The notes beneath the pieces are model-generated. The model was given only the letters and a program-made list of their open reading frames with translations, did no database searches and was not told where the DNA came from. Positions 59,100 through 64,000 of a stretch of DNA of 64,000 nucleotides are shown one piece after another. The translations under genes and the position numbers were made by a program. The stretch comes from an uncultured Actinomycetes bacterium (GTDB taxonomy: Bacteria; Actinomycetota; UBA4738; HRBIN12), in the NCBI GenBank assembly GCA_963704885.1, contig CAVPIB010000019.1, forward strand, positions 15,588-79,587. The letters run 5' to 3'. How positions within the stretch are numbered: position 1 is the stretch's first letter; every line of letters begins with the position of its first letter.

Positions 59100-59543
59100 G
59101 TGGAACGGACGACGAGAATCGTCGCTGGACTTGTTGTCGTAGCGGTGACGGGTTCGCTCGTTGCCGGATTCCTCCAGTTTCAGGACCTGCGTGGCCAAGT
59201 CGTGACACTCCGGAAGGAACTGGATGACGCGCGGGGTGATGAGGCGCTGGAGGCGCGTGTATCCCTGGTCGAGTCGGTGACAGGGGATGTGAGCGAGCGA
59301 CAGGATCAGCTGGTGACAGGCTTGGAGAGTATCCGGTCGCAGCTCCGGCAGATCGTCGGGACAGAGACAGGTTTCATGCCCTTAGGTTTCTCGTCAATCG
59401 TCCATCTCGGACGCCGAGCTTCATCAATCGAACAGCGCCTGAACCTGGTGGAGGGGGATGTTGCCGATCTGGAAAGCTGCATCCGGGACCTCGAGACGGC
59501 CATAGAAACGGGGTTCCCGGTCGTTGGCTGCTTCTTCTTCTAG
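59100..59543 (+). CDS. Membrane-anchored coiled-coil protein
   Basis: N-terminal TM, heptad repeats, two C-terminal Cys. Confidence 0.65.
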   Translation: MERTTRIVAGLVVVAVTGSLVAGFLQFQDLRGQVVTLRKELDDARGDEALEARVSLVESVTGDVSERQDQLVTGLESIRSQLRQIVGTETGFMPLGFSSIVHLGRRASSIEQRLNLVEGDVADLESCIRDLETAIETGFPVVGCFFF

Positions 59544-59569
59544 CCTTCACCGCCCCTCTCCGCGCTAGC

Positions 59570-59595
59570 GAAGGCTCGGTCGCAATCGGGCCTTC
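59570..59595. terminator. Hairpin downstream of coiled-coil gene
   Basis: GAAGGCTCGGT-CGCA-ATCGGGCCTTC, 11-bp stem with G:U pairs, no U-tract. Confidence 0.4.
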
Positions 59596-59765
59596 ATCAT
59601 CGTCGGGCAAGGGCACCTGGTGGCAGCGGTGGTCGCGGTTGACCTACATATTCGTGGCGGTCCATGCTCACCGCACGCACTCCAGGGAGGGGCCACCATG
59701 CGCCGCGCCGCGCCGCTGCTCGCGATCGTGCACGGGATCCCAACAACGCGAACCATCCTCGCGGC

Positions 59766-60768
59766 GTGACACCTGACACCGCCGTCCTGAACGACGATGC
59801 CTTGTTCGCGGTTGTCGATGTCGAGACGACGGGCTTCTCGCCCTTGGTTGGAGACCAGATAGTCGAGATCGCGATCCTCCGCCTGGCAGCGGATGGGACG
59901 GTTGTCGACGAGTTCACGACCCTCGTGAACCCGCGGCGCGACGTCGGCCCCACGCACATCCACGGGATCAGCCAGGACGACGTCGCGGCGGCTCCGACCT
60001 TCCACGAGATCGTGGGAGACGTGCTGGCTCGGCTCCGTGATGTGGTCCTCGTAGCGCACAACGCGAAGTACGACCGCGACTTCCTGGCCACCGAACTGTC
60101 CGCCGAGGGCATCTTCCTGCCGGCCCTTCCCGGCCATCTGCACGCTGCGGCTCTCCTATCGGCTTCACCCGGACCTCGGCAGCCACAAGCTCGCGACGTG
60201 TTGCGAGTGTGCGGGGATCGCCGAAGCCCCGTTCCATTCCGCTCTCGAGGATGCGCGAGTCACATCTCGCCTCCTCATGGCTTACGTGGCCGAGGCGGGG
60301 AGCGGTGGGATGGGCGTCAACGATCTGCTCGAAGGAGGAAGCCTTACGTTCCCGAGCACGTGGCCGGAGTTCCCGCTCACCGGACGGACCGTGGCGAGGT
60401 CGTCGCGCAGCACCGCCCGCCTAGACCCACCGTATGTCGCGCGACTCGTCGCCGCCCTCCCGCCGATCGAATCTGACCTAACCGTCGCCCCGTACCTCGA
60501 TCTGCTGGATCGGGCGCTCGAAGACCGTCGTGTGACGCTTGAGGAAGCTCATGCCCTTGAGATCACGGCTTCCGCCTGGGGCCTGACCAGGGAACAGGTA
60601 GTGGGGTCGCACCTGAGCTACATGGAGGCGCTCGTCGCTGTCGCGTTGGACGACGACGTCATCACGTCGGCCGAGCGGAGCGATCTCGATGATGTTGCCC
60701 GCTTGCTAGGCGTCCCGATGGGAACGCTTGACGGGCTCATCGTCGCTCGGACCACTATGGCTACATGA
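59766..60768 (+). CDS. DEDDh (DnaQ-like) exonuclease fused to TerB-like helical domain; frameshift near 60135
   Basis: DVETTG, AHNAKYD, then ICTL...HSALEDA in second frame; DRALEDRRVT..E and DDVITSAERSDL TerB-like repeats. Confidence 0.82.
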
Positions 60769-60798
60769 GTGAGGCTCCCGGGAGGGGTTGACCCTGAA

Positions 60799-61155
60799 AT
60801 GCGACCTGCGACGATCGGTCTATTGCTCGTCGGGACTCTGGCTGTCGGCTGCAGCCAAGCAGACACTGATCCTTCCAAGACCAGCGACGTCGGTTCAAGC
60901 GTGGCCGGCCGCTGCGTCACGGCGCTGTCTGGGAACAGGTTCTGCGACGAAGGGTATAGCGGCTTCGATACGGCCTCGGCCTACGACAATGCTCGGTGGG
61001 TGTGCGGATCACTCTCCGTGAAAGCAATTGCCAAGGAATGGAAGACCGCTAAGGACCCTGTTTCGGCTGCGAGAGGGTACGCATCGGATTACGAGGGCAC
61101 ATCCGTTCAGGCCGCCTTCGAAGGCTGTCTCGACGGGTTCGCCGATTCAGGCTAG
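60799..61155 (+). CDS. Small lipoprotein
   Basis: Lipobox LAVGC, four further Cys; RBS GGAGG. Confidence 0.7.
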   Translation: MRPATIGLLLVGTLAVGCSQADTDPSKTSDVGSSVAGRCVTALSGNRFCDEGYSGFDTASAYDNARWVCGSLSVKAIAKEWKTAKDPVSAARGYASDYEGTSVQAAFEGCLDGFADSG

Positions 61156-61308
61156 ACGTGCGTTGGGCGCGGAAGAATCCCTGGGGCTTCGCTATGCGTT
61201 AGGACTGCTCGACGTCCTCATGCCTCCCGACTTCGACCGTGCTCGCCGGATCGGCGAGGACATCGAGGAGTGGCAGCAGGCAAGGCGATTGTGATCGGTG
61301 GTTGCGAC

Positions 61309-61759
61309 CTACCTTCCATACACGGCCCTGGGCACGTCACACACATTCGAGTTGACCGCGTTCTGCAAAGCTCGTCCTGTGGCGTCATAGCTGAACAAGG
61401 TGGTGTTGTACCAAGCGTTGAACATTCGAACAATGCACTTCGAAGACCACGTTGAAGTTGGATTCGCTGTCCTTCAGGTCGGTCTTCGCCCGCGCCAACT
61501 GCTGTTGGATCGTGCCGAGCTTCTCCTTGGTCGAGGCCACTTCAGCTTGCGACGTTTCGAGCTGGCTCCGAAGTACGCGAATCTCGTCCTTGGCTGTGGC
61601 AAGGTCGCCCCGAGCGGACACGTACAAGAGAGTTCCGACAATCATGATTGCGACAGCTATCCCGGCGACGACGAATACTCCAAGGGAGGAAGACTGACTC
61701 TGAGGAGGGGCTGTGGGCGGCTGTGCGGGCGGCAAATAGGGGGGAGGTGGATTCTCCAT
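61309..61759 (-). CDS. Membrane-anchored coiled-coil protein, probably frameshifted near 61440
   Basis: RBS AAGGAGG, Pro-rich N-terminus, TM, coiled coil; an alternative frame gives KCIVRMF...VCDVPRAVYGR*. Confidence 0.55.
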
Positions 61760-61838
61760 CAGACTGTCCTCCTTGTGCGGATCGGTCAGAGCATATGCCG
61801 TCTTGGCCTGCTCAAGCCCTGGAACGGGCCAGCTCGGT

Positions 61839-62720
61839 TCAGCGAGGGGTTGGACCCTGGGGGTTCTCGTGCCCTTGGCTAGAATCGCGAGTCGCTACGT
61901 CTGCTCGGGGAGGTAACGACGCGGGAGAATCGGCGATCGCTTTCCCGGCAGGTTCAAGCTTTCGGAACTTGGTCGCTGCCTGCTTCTTGCCTCGCTCGGT
62001 GTACGGGAAGGAGAAACTCGGACGGCCTGGTCGATCTCGATTCCAGATACAGTACGCCGCCGGGCTTGTTGAGTAGCCAAGGATGTAGTGAACCCCAGTG
62101 TGGGTCCAGACGAGTCCAGGTGGGGCGCTGACCAGCGGCTCTACGGGCTTGTCGCAGCGAGCGGCGAACGCCCTTGTCGCATCCTGTTCGGATGGCCACT
62201 TCTCCAGAACGCCAGTCCGAGTGTTGAGGATTCCGTAGCCCCCATCTGCCAAGGACCCAAGCGCCCAGCCCGGACACTCCTGGCTCACGGTGAATCCTGA
62301 CGAGGGCGCGGGGTTTGCGCGAATCGAGAGGGGATGCGGAGTGCTTGCGGCCTGGATTGACGAAGATCCGGGTGCGAGAGCAAGTGAGGCTGCGGGAGGC
62401 TCCTCTCCAGACCGAAATGCAGCAACCGCCTCCAAGTAAGGCTCGTCGCTCATTAGGTCGGACGTCCAGAGGTAGGTCAGGCGAATCATCTGCTTAGCTC
62501 GCCGAGCGTCGTCAGCGCCGAGTTGCTTCCCACCCGTGCACACCGGACAGATCAAGAAGTGCTTCGTCTCGTAGGGGATGACCGGAATGAAGAACAACGT
62601 GAACCACTTCCTGGCGATTACGTACCTGAACACCGTGTCGTTATTGCAGTTCGGGCAACTCATTGGCACGACGGCGCCTTGATCCTTCGGCCGTCCGCCG
62701 CCCCATCCAAAGATAATCAC
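61839..62720 (-). CDS. Zinc-ribbon domain protein (zinc_ribbon_15-like)
   Basis: IIFGW...CPNC...KWFTLFFIPVIP...CPVC. Confidence 0.75.
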   Translation of the reverse strand: MIIFGWGGGRPKDQGAVVPMSCPNCNNDTVFRYVIARKWFTLFFIPVIPYETKHFLICPVCTGGKQLGADDARRAKQMIRLTYLWTSDLMSDEPYLEAVAAFRSGEEPPAASLALAPGSSSIQAASTPHPLSIRANPAPSSGFTVSQECPGWALGSLADGGYGILNTRTGVLEKWPSEQDATRAFAARCDKPVEPLVSAPPGLVWTHTGVHYILGYSTSPAAYCIWNRDRPGRPSFSFPYTERGKKQAATKFRKLEPAGKAIADSPASLPPRADVATRDSSQGHENPQGPTPR

Positions 62721-62796
62721 AGACCCAGCCCGTCGCACTTTCGCGCGCACGCCCGAGCGAACGCGGGGGAACGGAGTCCGGCACATACGCCTTGTA

Positions 62797-63378
62797 TCAA
62801 AGGTCTCTACAATCACTGTTCGACCAAGCCTCATCGATCTGAGGCGGTGCCTCGCCTAACGCCAGTTCGATGGCGTCAAGGGACCCACGTGCCTCGTCGC
62901 GGACACTCTCCACTAGGGTCTGAAACTCGACCGGGTCCCTGATCGAGCTCGCCTTCACGCGATCACGTGCGTCCTCGAGCGCAATTCTCGCCCGGTCCAA
63001 GCCGAAACGGAAGTCCTCGCTAAACTGCCGGCCCGACTCCGTGTCGGGCACCCCTGCGGCCTCGAGGTCTTTGGTCAGCTGATTGCCTGCGAGGACAAAG
63101 TCATCAAGGAACTGAACCAACCTTCTTCTCCACGGCGGAACACTGACTATCGAGGCGACGTCCGAAACGTAGGCCGACCCGAGCCTATCGACCTCCATAT
63201 TGAAGGCCAAGAGACTGCTGCACACGTCAGCTACATAGACGTCGAGATCGACTGCTGTGTCCGAGGGAGCAGTTCGGGAGCACGCGGGGAGGAGAACAAG
63301 AACCGAGACGGACACCCAACGTCTCCAGCGAATGCCTTCCTTCCGGCTCACAACACGTTCTGCTTGGAACGTCATCAT
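62797..63378 (-). CDS. Hypothetical helical lipoprotein
   Basis: Lipobox LPAC, YVADVC, AGVPD..G, C-terminal Cys; start uncertain. Confidence 0.65.
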   Translation of the reverse strand: MMTFQAERVVSRKEGIRWRRWVSVSVLVLLPACSRTAPSDTAVDLDVYVADVCSSLLAFNMEVDRLGSAYVSDVASIVSVPPWRRRLVQFLDDFVLAGNQLTKDLEAAGVPDTESGRQFSEDFRFGLDRARIALEDARDRVKASSIRDPVEFQTLVESVRDEARGSLDAIELALGEAPPQIDEAWSNSDCRDL

Positions 63379-63599
63379 GTCGCATTGTGCTGCAGTGGGG
63401 GCTGAGGGCACAAGCGGGACACGACCGGTGGTGTCGTACCCACACGACGCACCGCGAGACTCGTTAGTCGGCCTCGCCGCCGGTTTCGGTTCTGAACCCG
63501 CGCACGTGGGCGGTGTGATGCAACAGGAGGAACGTAGGGGGGTCTCAGGAGACTTGGCGTCCGCGCTGACGCTCCAGTTGTGCCAACATCGGGACCGCC

Positions 63600-63765
63600 G
63601 TGATAGGCGGGCTGGATTCGATCCGTAGCGGTAGAGGTAACGTCGTGGTCCTCGCGGGTACCGTGGCGGCCGAGCCGGTCGAGCGCCGGATGCCGTCGGG
63701 CGATGAGGTAACCGAGCTCCGGCTATCCGTTCCGAGGTGGGCAAGCGCCTCCGCTGCTCGTCGGG
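63600..63765 (+). pseudogene. Truncated single-stranded DNA-binding protein remnant
   Basis: NVVVLAGTVAAEPVERRMPSGDEVTELRLSVP matches an SSB N-terminal OB fold, then frameshifts and degenerates. Confidence 0.65.
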
Positions 63766-63814
63766 AGACAGAAGCGGTAGACAGGCAATCGATCACTCGC
63801 GACGTCGACGGGAC

Positions 63815-64000
63815 TCATACCGGGACCTCTCGGCGCTGGCGGAGGAGGTAGGGGGGGAGCTTCAGGTCTTCGAGGCTGTCGTCCATCGGAGGACGCCCGT
63901 GCGCGAGGATCCGCGCGATGTTCCACTCGCCGAACCAGTCGGCCATGACGAGGTCTGACGTCGCGCCATCCGGGTACTGCGTGAGCTCCTTACGGAAGTC
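63815..64000 (-). CDS. C-terminus of probable phage terminase large subunit (runs off window)
   Basis: Manual translation DFRKELTQYPDGATSDLVMADWFGEWN...EVPV*, resembling the EL..FP....DD.VMA.W end of terminase nuclease domains; absent from the supplied ORF track. Confidence 0.55.
   Translation of the reverse strand, partial: DFRKELTQYPDGATSDLVMADWFGEWNIARILAHGRPPMDDSLEDLKLPPYLLRQRREVPV

Larger units (their letters stand above)
57304..64000. mobile_element. Probable integrated island/prophage-like element at tRNA-Ala, extending past window end
   Basis: Core synteny stops at the tRNA 3' end; TA-like genes, orphan ORFs, terminase-like C-terminus; no integrase or second att in the window. Confidence 0.65.

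Noticed and set aside
61028-61294. 88-aa ORF after the lipoprotein
   Set aside because: It overlaps the lipoprotein, has no clear start or RBS and no recognisable motif.
57304-64000. Integrase or transposase in the island
   Set aside because: No tyrosine/serine recombinase or DDE motifs in the ORFs within this window.

Overview
GC-rich bacterial chromosome segment, almost certainly Actinomycetota. This is inferred from the gene order tig-clpP-clpX-valS-folC-ndk ... mreBCD-mrdA-rodA ... rne-rplU-rpmA-obgE-nadD-rsfS-tRNA-Ala and from pervasive leaderless TAnnnT promoters. Three zones are visible. (1) 1-27.4 kb is a mixed metabolic/accessory region: BHMT-like methyltransferase plus dimethylglycine-dehydrogenase-like gene, purEK, an orphan type IV pilin, secreted proteins, two identical tandem tRNA-Arg(UCU), dps, tRNA-Gly, tRNA-Pro, a lysyl-oxidase-like gene, DmpA, AzlCD, DtxR, a TetR/Rieske oxygenase pair, tag, and an aminotransferase/cyclodeaminase pair. 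(2) 27.4-57.3 kb is conserved housekeeping core with an inserted fabD-H-G-acpP-fabF operon. (3) 57.3-64 kb is an island starting right after tRNA-Ala(GGC). It carries an antitoxin-like ORF, a Doc/Fic toxin with a non-canonical QACxDGNKR motif and a DUF6941-like gene, then a DEDDh exonuclease-TerB-like gene, several small envelope proteins, an ssb remnant and the C-terminus of a probable phage terminase at the window edge. Best candidates for something new: the atypical three-gene Doc module, a putative TGACC-n-GGTCA regulon linking betaine-type catabolic genes 18 kb apart, the exact tRNA-Arg duplication, and a large structured rne leader with alternative RBS-sequestering pairings. Many single-base frameshifts affect accessory genes and may be sequencing errors. 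All family calls come from motif recognition by eye; no searches were run.
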